Shown one piece after another: positions 11,172-27,679 of a stretch of 64,000 nucleotides of DNA; positions within the stretch are counted from its first letter, which is position 1, and each line of letters begins with the position of its first letter. The stretch comes from Eledone cirrhosa. Lineage: Eukaryota. The notes beneath the pieces are model-generated. The model saw only the letters and a program-made list of their open reading frames with translations. It did not search any database and had not been told where the DNA came from. The stretch covers positions 375,038,001-375,102,000 of the forward strand of contig OZ024740.1 of NCBI GenBank assembly GCA_964016885.1, read 5' to 3'. The position numbers and the translations under genes were made by a program.

Positions 11172-13145
11172 AGAGGGAGGGAGAAAGAGAGAAAGAAAGA
11201 GAAAGAGAGAGAGTTTGTGTAACTGTGCGCACACACAACCAGCATGTACGTGGTGTATCTATGATTTAGTGAGCAATATTTCGTAAATAAAATATCATAC
11301 AATCTTACTTTTGGCATCATTAAAAGAATATGATGCACAATATTAACATATCGGTACATTTGTTCGTAATAACAGGCAAGTAGTTATCTATTGTCAAAAT
11401 TACGTAATTTGATATTCATCTGCATTGAAAGAATTTACAAATTAAATTAACTTCAATGCATGCATGGTTTCCCCATTGTGTATTTTATGTATGCATAAAG
11501 AGCAAAGTTGAAGTCAACATTATATGCACTCGTATTTTATGAACGAGCGTTTGAATAGAGTAACAGTTTAACTATTGGCCTTTTGCTATTTGTGCTAATA
11601 CATCGCTATATTTGGTCTAGAACAGATATCGAATAACATATTTCGTAAGCTTACAATCATACCATTGTTTATATTTGTGATTGTTTTATTTCATTTATAT
11701 TCATAACTATTTGAAGGATTTTACAAGAATTCCCTACGTCTACAGGTAAAGTGCCAACAACGATAAGGTGTACTCTGCCATATAATATTGTTGTCTCTCC
11801 TCAGTTTCTGACGATGAGAGCTCCTGTTGATCAATCAACGAAATTGCCTAGCCCTGAAATTAACGTGCATGTGCCTGAGGATTCAGCAGAAACGTCTGTC
11901 TACAACATATTTGTCAAGGGGGTTCAGCATGATAAAATGTGTGATATTGTATCACGTTATATTACAGGTACAACTAATTTTTACCTGATGGAGCAACGTG
12001 AAATTAAGCGTCTTCTTCAACTACAAAATGTGCCGCCTGATAGGGGAATCATACACCATGTTACTATTTTAACCCGAATATCCTAAATACTAAAGTACAC
12101 GTCTTCACTCTGCCAGCTAATGTATCACATAATTACACAACGTGCGTATTTTGACGTATCATTAATCAATGTATATACAGACATTCTTCTAATTATACTA
12201 TTTTGTTTATATTTGTGTTTTCTATGTAAATATAAATGTCTGTCATTAATATACACCACGGGGTATATATATTATAACAGCTATTTATGTAAATGATTTA
12301 GAGTCGATTTGTACGTGTTAAGTTATTACGGTACATTTGTAGGCTATATACTTCAGATTAATTCTATATACATGTTCGACCATTGCTCCGATTTTCTTAT
12401 AAAGAAATGGCATATTGTGTCACAATTTAAATTGTTTTATGTAACCATGTATACATTTCTATTTGTACTGAAGAGACATGCCAACGCAGATACCTCTGAC
12501 TTCTTTTAGGGCCTCTTTTGTGTAGCTATAACTAAATTTTGCCCTATTTGTGTTTGCTCATGCAATTCATTGGATGGATCATTCGATAACACATATCTAT
12601 CTAGAGATAGAAAGATGTCCATTATTGGTGTAACCACAAAGCAAAATCCAGTCCTCGTGATTCTTTTTTCCAGAAAATGATGATACGGTTTAATAAAGGA
12701 CCACTGGCAGAGAAAAGTAGATGAGATGAATACTTAGGTCTCTGAAAGCTTTGCGAACCGGGAACGATGCTTTGAGCTTCAAGTAAATATTTTTCTATCT
12801 AAGAGATTATCGCTGTTAATGTTATGAATCACAATGTATGGTCCATGTATTCGAATACGTAGCATTGTGGACAACTTAATCTGGTATTCTCTACTTCCCT
12901 ACAGAATATATTATCCAGATACGAGGCGGATGAACCGATAAGGTTTGGAAGGACTTTTCATTGATTCTGCTCCTAGAGACAAGAATGAGGTTGATCATCA
13001 CATCAAATTTTTTCACATGATACTTATAACTATCAACTATTATTATCGTTATTTGCATTGTGGTGAATGTATTTTAGATTACAATTATCTCAATACTTTC
13101 TGAAATGAAACACATGCACAAACACACACAAATATATATATATAT

Positions 13146-13299
<154 letters not shown>

Positions 13300-13867
13300 A
13301 GAGAGGATTCATAGAAAAATATAGGAGAATTAAGACGGAGAAAAATAACTGCAAATACATTTGGTTGTTATGAATAGCAAACAACTGCATTTACAATTAT
13401 TATTGTGTGATTGACATTTCCGAGATGCCCTAGGAAACGCATAATATCTGAGGACTTTGAATTCGATCTTGTTTATATTTTTAAAGCTGTTGTATTTACA
13501 TTCTAATTTAAACGGAGATCGTTGTTAAGGGCTGTTTGGTTCAAGGTTTAGGGTAGCCAGTCGGTATCTGAAAGATATTGCCTTCGATATTCCATGGCGG
13601 CCGATGGCCTTATTCTACCATCTATAGGTTGTGCTTACTCGACTTTCTAAGCTATTTATTGCAATCAACTACATTTACAATTATTTTTCTGCATCTGTCT
13701 CTTCCTATATGTCTATGAATCTCCTAATTTCTCAGTGCATCGAAAGTTCAAGCGTTGCATTCAATGTTATATAATACACAGACACGCGCACACACGCACA
13801 CACACAAATATATATATATATATATATATAATATAAGATCAAAAGATGTTTAAAGGAGTTCCATGTA

Positions 13868-13934
13868 TTTTATTATGCGCATTTCAAAAACAAACATCAT
13901 CATGCAATAATATTTGTGTTTTCATCAGATAAAA
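13868..13934 (-). ncRNA. Type I hammerhead ribozyme (inverted copy)
   Basis: Reverse complement of 15481-15547. Confidence 0.75.
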
Positions 13935-15480
13935 CAGGAGAACATGATATGAAGGCTAAAAAACACTTGTGGATAGTGCAGTTTTAAATCAACATATGAA
14001 AAGTGGTTTTAGATTGATGTGTGATATTGGGAAAAATATTTTATTTAGAGAGGGGGTGGTGGAAAGGATGAAAAAGGGGAGGAGATGAGAGGGAGAGATG
14101 GGTGATAGATGGCTCCACTTCCACCTCTTTTAAAGCTCGTCTCTATAATCACCATTAATCTTTCAAATACAAACTTAAAAGAACCAACACGGCTCTCTCA
14201 GAACTCATATGGTCCTTGAAAGACAAAAACATTAAATATACCATCTTTTGGAAGAAGGTTTCTTCTGCATCCTCATACTTGAACAGCTCTCTATCTAAAA
14301 TCTGTAATCTCTGCCTGAATGAAAAATTTACCATTATCTCTAATATAGATTCTATAATAAATAGACGTACAGATTTGTTTTCTATCTGCCTGCATAAATT
14401 CCATAGGACTTTTCCCAAAGTATACAGTTAATATTCAATTCTTTATCAATTTAGAATCTTTTCTCAAAGGCACATATACATACACCTCTTTAAAATATAC
14501 CCATCTTCCTACCTTACTTCAAAGAGCATTATACACTCTATAATACTTGTTTACTCATTACCCTCTTTCTATCTTCACCTTGTAAAATCCTTCATAACAT
14601 ATACATTTGTTTTTTTTGACGTTAGAATATTCATCCGCAATTATTATTATTTTTTCTCTCTATCATAAAACTTTTTAATCTCAATTTCATCCTTAATTTA
14701 TTATTTTTTTCTCCCCATCAACGAACTCATTCTTAATACATATTAACTCTTTCTTCGCATATATTATCAATTCCTTCAATATACAAACTTTAACTTCACA
14801 TTATTTTTCTCAAATCCTTCTACACACAAACCTTAATAATTTTTTTCTCTTCGTTAATTTTGAAATTGCCACAATACTTATCAACATACATCTTTTTAAC
14901 GTTAGAATATTCATCCACAATTATTATTTTTTCTCTCTATCTTCATACATAAACTCCCTCTCTTTCCTCATAAATAGTTTTCCCTTCGTTAACTTTCAAA
15001 TTCTTTTAATTTATACATTATCTTCCAACGGTTCTCAACCTCTCTATGTAAAACAATATATCTTTTCTCAGTTATAAAAACTATCTCTTTCTCTCTATCA
15101 CCCATCTCTCCCTCTCCACCTTCACTCTCATCTCCTCCCCTTTTTTCATCCTTCAACCCCCCCTCCCTAAATAAAATATTTTTTCCTCGTACATATCTTC
15201 CCTTCGTTAATTTTCAAATTCTTTTAATTTATACATTATCTTCCAACGGTTTTCAACCTCTCTATGTAAAACAATATATCTTCTCTCAGTTATAAAAACT
15301 ATCTCTTTCTCTCTATCACCCATCTCTCCCTCTCATCTCCTCCCCTTTTTCATCCTCCCCCCCCTCTCTAAATAAAATATTTTCCCAATATCACACATCA
15401 ATCTAAAACCACTTTTCATATGTTGATTTAAAACTGCACTATCCACAAGTGTTTTTTAGCCTTCATATCATGTTCTCCTG

Positions 15481-15547
15481 TTTTATCTGATGAAAACACA
15501 AATATTATTGCATGATGATGTTTGTTTTTGAAATGCGCATAATAAAA
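15481..15547 (+). ncRNA. Type I hammerhead ribozyme
   Basis: ttttat-CTGATGA-aaaca...tgttttt-GAAA-tgcgca-TA-ataaaa; 6-bp stem I, palindromic ATGCGCAT. Confidence 0.8.
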
Positions 15548-15675
15548 TACATGGAACTCCTTTAACCATCTTTTGATCTTATATTATGTATACTCCAGTC
15601 CTACAAACTGTAGAGTGCTTCTTATCCGATATCTGCATTGCTTTATTGTACTACAATAAAACTCAGCTCCTACAT

Positions 15676-15841
<166 letters not shown>

Positions 15842-15940
15842 TGAAACGAAATTTCATTTCTCACTCTTAGAACGGCACTTACTTAAATGTAAGTATGTAT
15901 GTATACGTACATTCATATATGTATACAGACGTACAGTAGC

Positions 15941-16023
<83 letters not shown>

Positions 16024-16032
16024 CATACAGTA

Positions 16033-16168
<136 letters not shown>

Positions 16169-16587
16169 TGTTGAACAAAAAAGGTGACGTGGTTGCCTGA
16201 ATACTGTACGGCGTAAATCAGGGTGTTCGTTTGTTTACAAACGAACAAAGCGAACATTATAATAAATGTTCGGTAAACTGATACGTGCATATATATATAT
16301 GTGTGTGCCTGTATGTATATATATATATATATATACATGCTACTGTACGTATGTATACATATATGTATGTACTTATACATACATACTTACATTTATATAT
16401 ATATTGGTAAACGGAAAAGAAAATGCTGATAAATTGTTCACAGTGAAAAATAGTTCAATTAGGAATAATTGAGAATTGGTAATAGTATTGTTAGTATTCA
16501 GTTTTGGTTTTAAGTCTTACCGGTTGTGCATTTCTAATGCTTTTCAAAAATAATTTTGAGATAGAGCGTCCGTGATGTTTGCTATAA

Positions 16588-16714
<127 letters not shown>

Positions 16715-18526
16715 GTATACAGATACAGTATGTGAAAAAAGGTAAGAAAGAGAGAAGGAAGCACAGTGTGGGGAAATTAGAGTAGTATGAACAGAAAAAT
16801 ATGTATGTAAGGAATGGAAGGTAGACCGAGAGTATCTCCAATAAATAAGACACCAAATAGACGTTTTCGATTTGAAAATTCCTCTTATGTATTCGAATAT
16901 TTCTATATTTTATTTCTCATAAGGAAGATAAAATATAGGATTACATAGTATAGCTTCATGTGTTGATTTTGTTTCTAATAACATTGGGCGTTATATGTAA
17001 AGTACATAAACAACCAATGCACTTTCTCCGATATAGGAATGGCGTCAGAATATATTTCGTCACCAGAGATAATTGTTGATATTGGATTGATATTTGCTTT
17101 TCATAAAAACAATAAAGATTTGAGTGTCACCAAATGAATATAAACAGATACCACCAGCTCACGCATATATTTATAAAGTATGTGTTTGCTGTAAACCTAT
17201 GCACACGCGCATACACATACACGCATGCACACACACAAACACATAATATATATTTATAAGTAAAGGGAGAATGAGTGATAGAGACAGAGAAATAGAAAGA
17301 GATTAAACTAATTTATGCTCTCGACATATTCCTTCCCTTAAACGACTGCTTGTAGAATTTAAAATAGTCTTACAAGGTGTATACATACGAACAAGCAAAT
17401 ATATGAATGCATGGTCCCGCAAATCCTGACAGAGTCGTACACGCCCTATTGAAATACGGTGTTTCTTTGGCATTCTTAAGCCTAGTGGAGCCCATCCCCA
17501 GAAGGTCCGAACGGAACACACTTCTTTCAGAGTAGAACAGAAAGGGAGAGTATGTAAGTCAGAAAGACATATGGTGGAAAAATCCACCTCAAACACTAGA
17601 GTGGTACTTTTTTTTTAGCAACATCGAATGGATGAAATACATAGATGATCAGGACAGGATTTAAACTCAGATAGCAGAGATCCAAAATAAATACCGCAAA
17701 GCATTCTATACACCGTTTTATCGACTCTGAAAATTTACAGCCTTCGCAAATATTTACACACGTAAATACTGTTTCTAGGTATGGATCAATTCGAAAAACC
17801 TGAAACGTACTCAATGCAGATATTGCAGCAGATATATTTTCTATACTAATTCGGTCCACGTCACGTAACACAAAGATTTATTGTTGGAGGAAATATGGCT
17901 ACATCGACTTCAAACATAAATTGATCAAATTTATACCACATTTAAAAGCAACTTTCGCCAATCATAAGGAAGAGTTTAACAAATTTATATCATATTTCCC
18001 TTCACAATATTCTGTGACATTCCGTTTCACCTTTATTGCAAATGTTTGAGATCATTTCAAATTATATATATATATGCACAAATGCTGATACGCACGCAAA
18101 CTCACATATGTGCAGACGTATATTGACTCACAAGACGAAACATCCTCTCACACTCATTTATATATATATATATAATTTGAGTATGTGTTGGTTAATCACC
18201 GACATTGCAATATGGGGGTAAAGCACTCGACGAAATTTCGCAGGTGGGTCTGTTTACTCCACTGTATATTTATAAACAAGAAGTAGATGTCAATAGTTTA
18301 AAATCAACTTCGAGCATTCATAATCGTTGTTATATATATGTATATTTCAGTGATAACCGTTATACAAGAGCTACAACTTCATCAGACAGCTAGAATTTGA
18401 AGAGAAAGAAACGGAAAAACATAAAGATGAGATAAATGTTATTTCTGTGGCGTTTAATATGCTACCAAAACCTTGAGAGAGTTACACCATAATTCAGCCC
18501 TGAGCATATATTTGAGTCGAAACAAC

Positions 18527-18703
18527 TAGTATCGGTAGAAGGTCGGACACCATGCTTTCCAGCATAGTTACGTCCCTTTACGATCTGAGTTCAAATCCCG
18601 CCGAGGTTGATTTTGCCTTTCATCCTTACGGGGTCGATAAAATAAAGTACCAGTAATGAACTGGGTATTTGCAGGCCTTGTGCCTAAAGTAGAAACAATT
18701 ATT
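18527..18703 (+). mobile_element. tRNA-derived SINE
   Basis: A-box-like agtatcggtag, B-box GAGTTCAAATCCC and conserved body ttcatccttacggggtcgataaaataaagtaccagt; five further copies in the window. Confidence 0.85.
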
Positions 18704-18830
18704 TCATTTTTATGTTTTATGTTTTTTCTGTTCAAATTATAGTTATATATAAGAGCGACTATGAATGAACGAAGACGAAGTTAATTTCAACCTGTTGACA
18801 TTTACTTCATGTTTACACACACACATACAC

Positions 18831-18879
<49 letters not shown>

Positions 18880-18887
18880 ATATATAT

Positions 18888-18937
<50 letters not shown>

Positions 18938-19017
18938 ATATACATATATATGTATGTATGTATATATACATATATGTATGTATATATATATATATATAAT
19001 GTATATATATATATATA

Positions 19018-19452
19018 TACTAGCAGAGGTAACTGGCGGTATTAAATACCAGTTGTGTATACCATTTATGTCAATACTTCAGTGCTGTTTCGAAAACTAT
19101 ACTTTTACAAAATCATCGGCATTTTCCAAAAGAGGGTTCCTGGCCCCAGGTGTCCCCTACTCAATATGTGCCAATTCTGAGAGTTCACATTCATCTGTAG
19201 GACAAACGTAGTCCATGTGTCAAGTTTTGTGAAAACCGGTTGCTAACTCCAGAAGTTATGACGTTTTGTTGCATTTCACTGCAGTGCTTCAGTCGACTCC
19301 AAGGAAATGGTGAAAGCGGGTTATATGACGGGAGGGGGGTCGTATAATCAATATCTGGAAAAATGAAAGTGCTCATGACCATCCGGAGTACATATGTAGC
19401 CTATGTCTTACGTTTGGCGAAAATACTGTAGAAATGCATAAGATGTATACAT
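19018..19452 (+). mobile_element. Possible non-autonomous Helitron-like repeat
   Basis: Starts TACTAGCAG with a subterminal hairpin (aactgg-cggtattaaata-ccagtt) and has a caagttttgtgaaaaccggtt motif; resemblance only. Confidence 0.3.
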
Positions 19453-19671
19453 ACGCGCGGGCACACGCGTGCGTGTGTGGGTGTGTGGGTGTGTATCTAT
19501 TTGTGTCTGCGTTTGTATGTGTATGTCCGTCGGGGCATACGTATGTACTGGCCTAAAACGTCACTATTTACTTTTACTATTTTAATAACCTCTGTAATTT
19601 TCTTTTTCAATTTTATTTACACCATTCTTAAACTCCGGGGCTGGAAATCATTCTGTTATTTTAAATAGAAT

Positions 19672-19875
19672 ATTAGTCAAACGACTCCATTTATACCATA
19701 AACTTGGTCTTGTCTTTGCATGAACTTGTTCTTCACGCTCCACATAACGACGTATTATCCTCGCTTTTTTTCCGTTCATTGCCGGGGAACGTCTTCACGA
19801 ACCAAAATATGGTCTTCCTGTTTTCCTTCGGTTGTAACGTTTCTCAAAATATTTACTTCTGCGTTCACAGATTAC
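19672..19875. repeat. Dispersed repeat, also present as two tandem copies at 34030-34370
   Basis: Shared tagtc-acga...tataccat-aac-tggt-ttgtctttgc...gaacgt...cacgaaccaaa...tcttcctgt. Confidence 0.7.
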
Positions 19876-20098
19876 TCTCAGTTAAATTTGAATGGGAAAT
19901 TCCTGTTTCATCGATTATATCTGTAACCATGGATGCTTGTAGCTTGAAAGTCGACCCAACGCCTACTCGGGTCATTCAACATAAGTGTGTAAATGTTGGC
20001 TGCATCAACCAAGCCATTTCGACGTTCATGCGACTAGACCTACATATACTACGTCCGACCACTTCCAATTTATATTATATATATATATATATATATAT

Positions 20099-21278
<1,180 letters not shown>

Positions 21279-21668
21279 GATAAATATACACAGGTGTGTA
21301 TGATCGTGTATAGAAGGTTATATTAATAAAAGGAATTCCTACTTTGTCTGATTTACTCGTTTTATTTACAATCCTTTAACATTTATAATGGTATTAGAAT
21401 GAAACAGTATGGTAGAATATTAAATGTTAAGTGTTAATTGAACAAGTACTTGCATGCTTTCACAATCTTCAGGTTCATATTCTGTGGTGACAGTCAAGTT
21501 TGCAATTTTCAACTGTAATGAGATGTGTAAATGTTGTGCCTTATATACAGTGAAAAGTGGCTCCAGAATGCGAAATCTTGCAAACTGTATTTCGACCCAT
21601 CGGTGTGTAGTTTCACTGGATTACTAAAGCTGATTGGTTTAGGCGTCACGGTTGGTTGAGCATGTCTA

Positions 21669-23450
21669 ATGACTGAATACTACACAGATTTGGTTGAGGA
21701 TCAAATGAAAGACACAACATTCTACCATGAAATACCGTCAAATATAGACCACAACAGCATGAAGAAGATCAACAACCTTCAAAATACCACAACTCACTTA
21801 CTGATAAGGAAAGAGACTACATCACCAATTCTGAGCCAAAGCCCAGCAACCTCTATGACCTACCGAAAGTTCATAAGTCAAAAGAAATACAACTGGCAGT
21901 AAGAGAACAAAACAGTGAGTACATTAAATTACTACACCCTAAAGACTTAAAACTTAGACTTATTATAGCTGGTCCAACATGCCCGACTCACCGTCTAAGC
22001 AATTTTGTTGACATTATTTTGAAACCGCTATGTATTCAAATACCCAGATTCATCCGCGATGATATCGACTTCCTGTCCCATCTTCCTAAAACCACGGAAA
22101 AGAATTCACTTCTACTTAGTTTTGATGTGGTAAACCTTTACACCAACATTACGCATGCTTTAGGAATAAAGGCGGTTAAATACTTGGTGGTAAAACATAG
22201 AGAAGTGATTCCCATCAGATTCCCAGCGCCATTAAACTTTTTCTGGAAAACAACATTTTCTTCTTCAATGGAAATAATTACATCCAACATGATGGGAACG
22301 AAGTTTGCTCCCGTTTACACGAACTCTGTAATGAGATATTTAGAACAACAACTCTACCAAGAAATAGAGGAAAAATATAGCCCTGACTTTAGAAAGTACG
22401 TTGAAAAATCTTGGAAGAGATACCTTGACGACTGTTTCATCATCTGGACAGAATATCTTGATACTCTGAATGAGTTCAATATCCTCCTGAATGACCTACA
22501 CCCATTTATCCAATTCACAAAAGAGATGAGTAGTACCAAATTACCATTCCTAGATATAATGATAATCAAAAACGACACCAACATTACCACGGATATATAT
22601 TATAAACACACAGACACCCATCAATATCTGAATTTTAAGTCGCGCCATCCACCTCTTACAAAATGCAACATCCCATACTGCCTAGCCAGAAGAATGTGTA
22701 CCATTGTAGATGATACGAATACCGGGTTCAAAAGCCTAACAGAACTAAGAGAATTTTTGCTCAAATAAAAAGACCCATCTCTACTTATAGAAAATGGCAT
22801 ACAGCGGACTATAAAAATACCTATACAACAACTTAGGACAACCCAAGGAAGGAAAAACCAAGAACTGGTCATACCATTTATAATGACTCACAACCCATGT
22901 CACCAGAATATCTTCAAAACTGCCAAAGCAAACCTACCGATCATTGCTCAAAGTAATGAATTAAAAGGCTTAATCACAGATCGATCTTAGTAAAACACAG
23001 CCGACAAATTTGAAGCAAGTAATAACAAAAGCAAAGTTTGACCTTAACAACAAAGACCAATCATTCACTGTATCTAAATGCAATGATAGTCGATGTGGCA
23101 CATGTCAATCCATACACGGCGGTCAATATATGAAAACAAAAACTGGATAAATATTCCCAAATGCAAAAAATGAAGTGCAAAACGAAAATTTAATTTACTG
23201 CATTAAATGCCTGAATTGTGAGAAACTATATGTCGGTCAAACTGGAAATGCACTATCGGAACGTGCACGGGTACAGCGACAACAAATCAGAGACCCAAAT
23301 GTCCGTCAGATACCCCTAAGTAACCATCTAGCAACATGTGGACATGGAATATTTATGATATTTTCATTTTACAAATTACACAGCCCAAGTGAAATCAAGA
23401 GAAAAGTATTTTATTGATAAATTCAAACCCAAGCTAAATGAACAATAATA
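21669..23450 (+). pseudogene. Disrupted PLE reverse transcriptase + GIY-YIG endonuclease ORF
   Basis: SFDVVNLYTNI, MGTKFAPVY, KRYLDDCF, LPFLDI, TDIYYKHTDTHQYL, CNDSRCGTC linker, NLIYCIKCLNCEKLYVGQTG; several frameshifts and stops. Confidence 0.9.
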
Positions 23451-23808
23451 ATGTGCTATTAATCCTACTATGACTATGACTACAATCGCTAACAACAACA
23501 ACAATAATAATAATAATAAATGTGATGTTGATGGTGATGATTACTAGAAAATGCTATTTTCATCATTTCTAAAAATAGCAAAACAATTGATGCTTTGGAT
23601 AGGGTCAATTAGTAGTCGTTAGACATACTCAACCAACAGTGACGCCTAAACCAATCAACTTTAGTAATCCAGTGAAACTGCACACCGATTGGTCTAAATA
23701 CAGTTTGCAAGATTTCGCATTCTGCAGCCACTTTTCACTGTATAAGGCACAAAATTAACACATCTCATTACTGTTGAAAATTGCAAACATGACTGTCACC
23801 ACAGAATA

Positions 23809-23847
23809 TGAACCTGAAGATTGCGAAAGCATGAAAGTACTTGTTCA
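23809..23847 (+). ncRNA. Minimal hammerhead ribozyme
   Basis: tgaac-CTGAAGA-ttgc-gaaa-gcat-GAAA-gtac-TT-gttca; 5-bp stem I, palindromic AAGTACTT; the inverted copy at 21439-21477 has GAAA>GCAA. Confidence 0.8.
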
Positions 23848-24050
23848 ATTAACACTTAACATTTAATATTCTACCATACTATTTCATTCTAATATCATTA
23901 TAAATTTTAAAGGATTGTAAATAAAAAGAGTAAATCAGACAAAGTTGGAATTCCTTTTATTAATATATATATATATATATATATATGGACGGGAATGTCC
24001 ATTATATATACATATATATATATATTTATATATATATATATATATATATA

Positions 24051-26472
24051 ACCAACAGTTAAACAAGGTTCATTGATTAATCAATGAACATAGTTTTACA
24101 ATAAATTAGAAGCACTCTCACAGAGATTTTTCTGGAGTTATTAATATTAATTCAAAATATTAATAAATATAGACATGCACGTGATCAATTATATTTTATT
24201 ATATATATTTCAGAGCTGTTTCATCAGTACGTCCTCATCATATAAAATAAATTGATGTCTGACATACCTCAACTGTGCTGATGGTTCAATTCCAGTCTTG
24301 GCAGTGATTAGTTATGACAAAACTCAATATTTAATAAAAATACAAATACAAATAAAAATAATATAAACATATAATAAAAATAATATAAATATATAAATAA
24401 AAATAAAAATAAAAATAAAAATAAAAATAAAAATAAAAATAATATAAATATAAATATAAATACCAATTTCTTGAATAAATCGGGGGGAAAATGAAAACTA
24501 AATCTATTATTTAGTATGCCCCACCTGCAGCTTTAGGTATTAAAATACTCTTAGCACAATTATTTGTTAAAGCATTAGAAAAATGTTTCCCTAGAACACA
24601 TAAATACTACTCTATCTTCAATAGACACACAGTTAAACTATGTTACTCTGCAGAAATAAATAACAGAATTCTTTGTTCTAACCAACAGGTAATTAGCGAT
24701 AATGACAATATTAATAATAACAATACTATAGTTACAGAGAATAACAATAACATTAATTTAAGCACTTACATTAGAACACCTACAAATATTATCAATGATA
24801 ATGCGAACAGTTTAGATCATAGAAATAACATGAAATCGAAATGTAACTGTAGAAGAAAATCTGAATTTCCTTTGCAAAATAACTGCTTGATAAGAATTTA
24901 TTATATAAATGTACCATTAAAACAAATAATAATATTACCTATAACTACATAGGTGCAACTTCATTGAATTTAAACTGAGATTTTCCAATCATAAACATTC
25001 TTTTTCTAATCCGGATAAGAAATGTTCTACCCCTTTATCACAATTAATATGGTCTTTAAAAGAGAAAAAATTAAAATACTCAATATTTTGGACTAAACTT
25101 CGAAATTGTGAAGTTTATCGGAATAATTCCATCTGACCTAACTGCAATCTTTGCAATACTGAGACTCTATTAATAATTGCTAATTATGGTAATTTAATTA
25201 ATAAAAAAAGTGAAATATTCTCAAATTGCCTGCATAAATCTGCAACAACATTTCAAGCATCATATAAAATTAGGAAAACACATTGACTGAGTGAGAAAAG
25301 ATATTGACTCTTATTAATAATTCTTGTAATGCTTCTATTATTGCTATTATCGATATTGTGTATAACGCCTCTAGCTCACCTTAGGAAATACATACCTGTT
25401 CTTTAAAAGAGTATGATAATCTCTTGATTGGTTAAATACCTTTAGTTTCGATTTAGAATCCTCTTTTTAAATCCTGTATTTTATAAATTTAGGATCTGTA
25501 ATATTTTCAGACTTTTAAACCGTTTAATTTAATTTAAAAGTTTGGATACGTTGTACGAAGATATTGTTTACATTTATCGTGTATAAGTTTCGTTTTATCT
25601 AAATTGAGTAATAATCTGTATTTAACTTGATTTATAGTATTGAATACAGTAAAATTTGGTAGAATCGAAATAATAATACTCTCAGTGTAAATATAACTAA
25701 TAATTAATCATATATGTAATTGAGAAATATAGATTGAAATAGTATTTTTTATATAAAATGCTTATGCAGATGCTAATATCTAAGTAACTGGAATTTAATA
25801 ATATCATATTTACTATATTTGTAAGCACCATTGTTAGTTAATAATATTTTGAATTTTGAATCTTATATCTTAATTATTGAATGTATTTACTAATTTAAAT
25901 TTGCTCCAGATTATCTTTGAAAATATGTTATATTATCTGATATGACTTTATATTGTTTTAATTTTGATATAATATAATAGTATAATTTCTTTCAAATAAT
26001 ATAGAGTAAACATTTCACGGTATATAATATTTGAAAAAAAACGGTCACGCATCATATACCTCTATTCTCCTTATGTAATTATTTTATACCATCTATACCT
26101 CCCTTTCTTCGTTTCTCTCTTCATCTCTCTATATTTTCCTTTTCTCCTCTATTTAGCTCTCTCTCTCTCTCTCATGTGTTCTTTTTTCTCTAATTTATTT
26201 TAGTTAATTTTTTTCTGCACATTTTCGTACGTACCCTCTCAATAATATGTAGTTTGTCATGTTACTGCTTATGGTATATACATACTGAGTTTTGTCATAA
26301 CTAATCACTGCCAAGACTGGAATTAAACCATCAGCACAGTTGAGGTATGTCTGACATCAATTTATTTTATCTGATGGGGACGAAATGAGGAAACAGCACA
26401 GTACCTCTGAAATATATATAATAAAATATATTTGATCACATGAATGTCTATATTTATTAATATTTTGAATTA

Positions 26473-26476
<4 letters not shown>
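24051..26476 (+). mobile_element. Decayed Naiad-like PLE 3' part with inverted terminal repeat
   Basis: 24143-24328 mirrors 26285-26476; 24500-25290 reads FPRTHKYYSIFNRHTVKL...CNCRRKSEFPLQNNC...YIGATS...CNLCNTE...CLHK with frameshifts; degenerate HHR in both arms. Confidence 0.8.
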
Positions 26477-26503
<27 letters not shown>

Positions 26504-26679
26504 ATGGACCTAAACTTCGATTTCGACAAAAGGGCATCCAACAACATATTCACTTAAGTAAATTTGGATATTTAAGTCGGATATGACATTTTACATCCGC
26601 CAAGGATTTCCAAGCAAGGAAAAGATTACGTGGTGAAGATTACGGGAAATGTTACTGGTATGTTTCCTGACGTTATTTG

Positions 26680-27280
26680 TCTTACTTCTTGTTCGTCAGA
26701 GCCAATGGATACAGCCTGATTCAAAGGTCTTACCCTTATTATGCCACACATCTACTGTCACACATCTACTTTGCTTTCCAGAACAACTTGTCGAAAGGCC
26801 TCATGAGATATAGTGACTGCAGACATACTACTACTCAGTTTGTGTTTGTATCTGAGCCATGGTCGCCGAAAATTTCAATAGCTTCTATCAAACTGGTTAT
26901 CGTTCTGATGACATGACCGGCCGAGCCTAGTTGTGATTGAATGAAGAATATGTTAACAGCTGGAAAATTGTATTTTTTCTTCAAGGGTGTAGCCGCAGGG
27001 TGAGCAAAGATAACCGTTATGATAGATATCTGGCTGGTTGATGTACGACTTATATGTAGTCCACATTTCTGATTCATACTGGTGTGTGGTTAGTATGTTA
27101 TATTTATTGACATATGTCCTGCAGAAGCGATGATGGATTCGGCCAAATTCTCTAGTAGGTTTCCCTAAACGATCGATTATTTCGTCATCGAGAGATGCTT
27201 CTGAGTTCACCTTATTGCAAGATATGGAATGATTTCACATACTTGAGATACTTCCTATCGACCTTTATAGAGTTATCTAG
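26680..27280 (-). mobile_element. Decayed RTE-like LINE fragment
   Basis: SLDDEIIDRLGKPTREFGRI, YESEMWTTY and SQLGSAGHVIR remnants. Confidence 0.6.
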
Positions 27281-27679
27281 AAACTGTGGAACTGCACAAT
27301 CACCTGTAAGCAGGTGACGCTTCGGGCCAATATTTGCTTTGCGGGCACTTTCTGAATTGTGACACCTTAACTGTATGTCGACAGGTTTTACCGGCTAGCG
27401 TGTGTCTTCAATCATTGTACCATGTCTGGTTAGTCCACCAGATATCTTACAAATTATGCTCCACTCATAGCATATTTACAGCAGGTGGAGGAATGAAGGT
27501 AGAGCTTTCTTCAAAGTAGCTCCGTGTCTCCCAGGCTCCCTGGATCATGTGACTTCATATGGTTGACAAATCCAGCTAAAAATATATTGGACACATTTAT
27601 TACACCTGAATGACTGCCGGATATTTGAAGTCACTGCTCTTGCGTGTTGCTTACGGAGAGAAGGATTCAAATAGCATGC

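Larger units (their letters stand above)
21290..23965 (+). mobile_element. Penelope-like element, Neptune-like, 5'-truncated, with inverted pLTR
   Basis: 21321-21668 mirrors 23617-23965; RT, Cys linker and GIY-YIG remnants lie between; HHR at 23809-23847. Confidence 0.9.

Noticed and set aside
17300-17950. Moderately complex sequence with two minus-strand ORFs
   Set aside because: No recognisable motif or splice pattern, and both ORFs are short with no evident homology.
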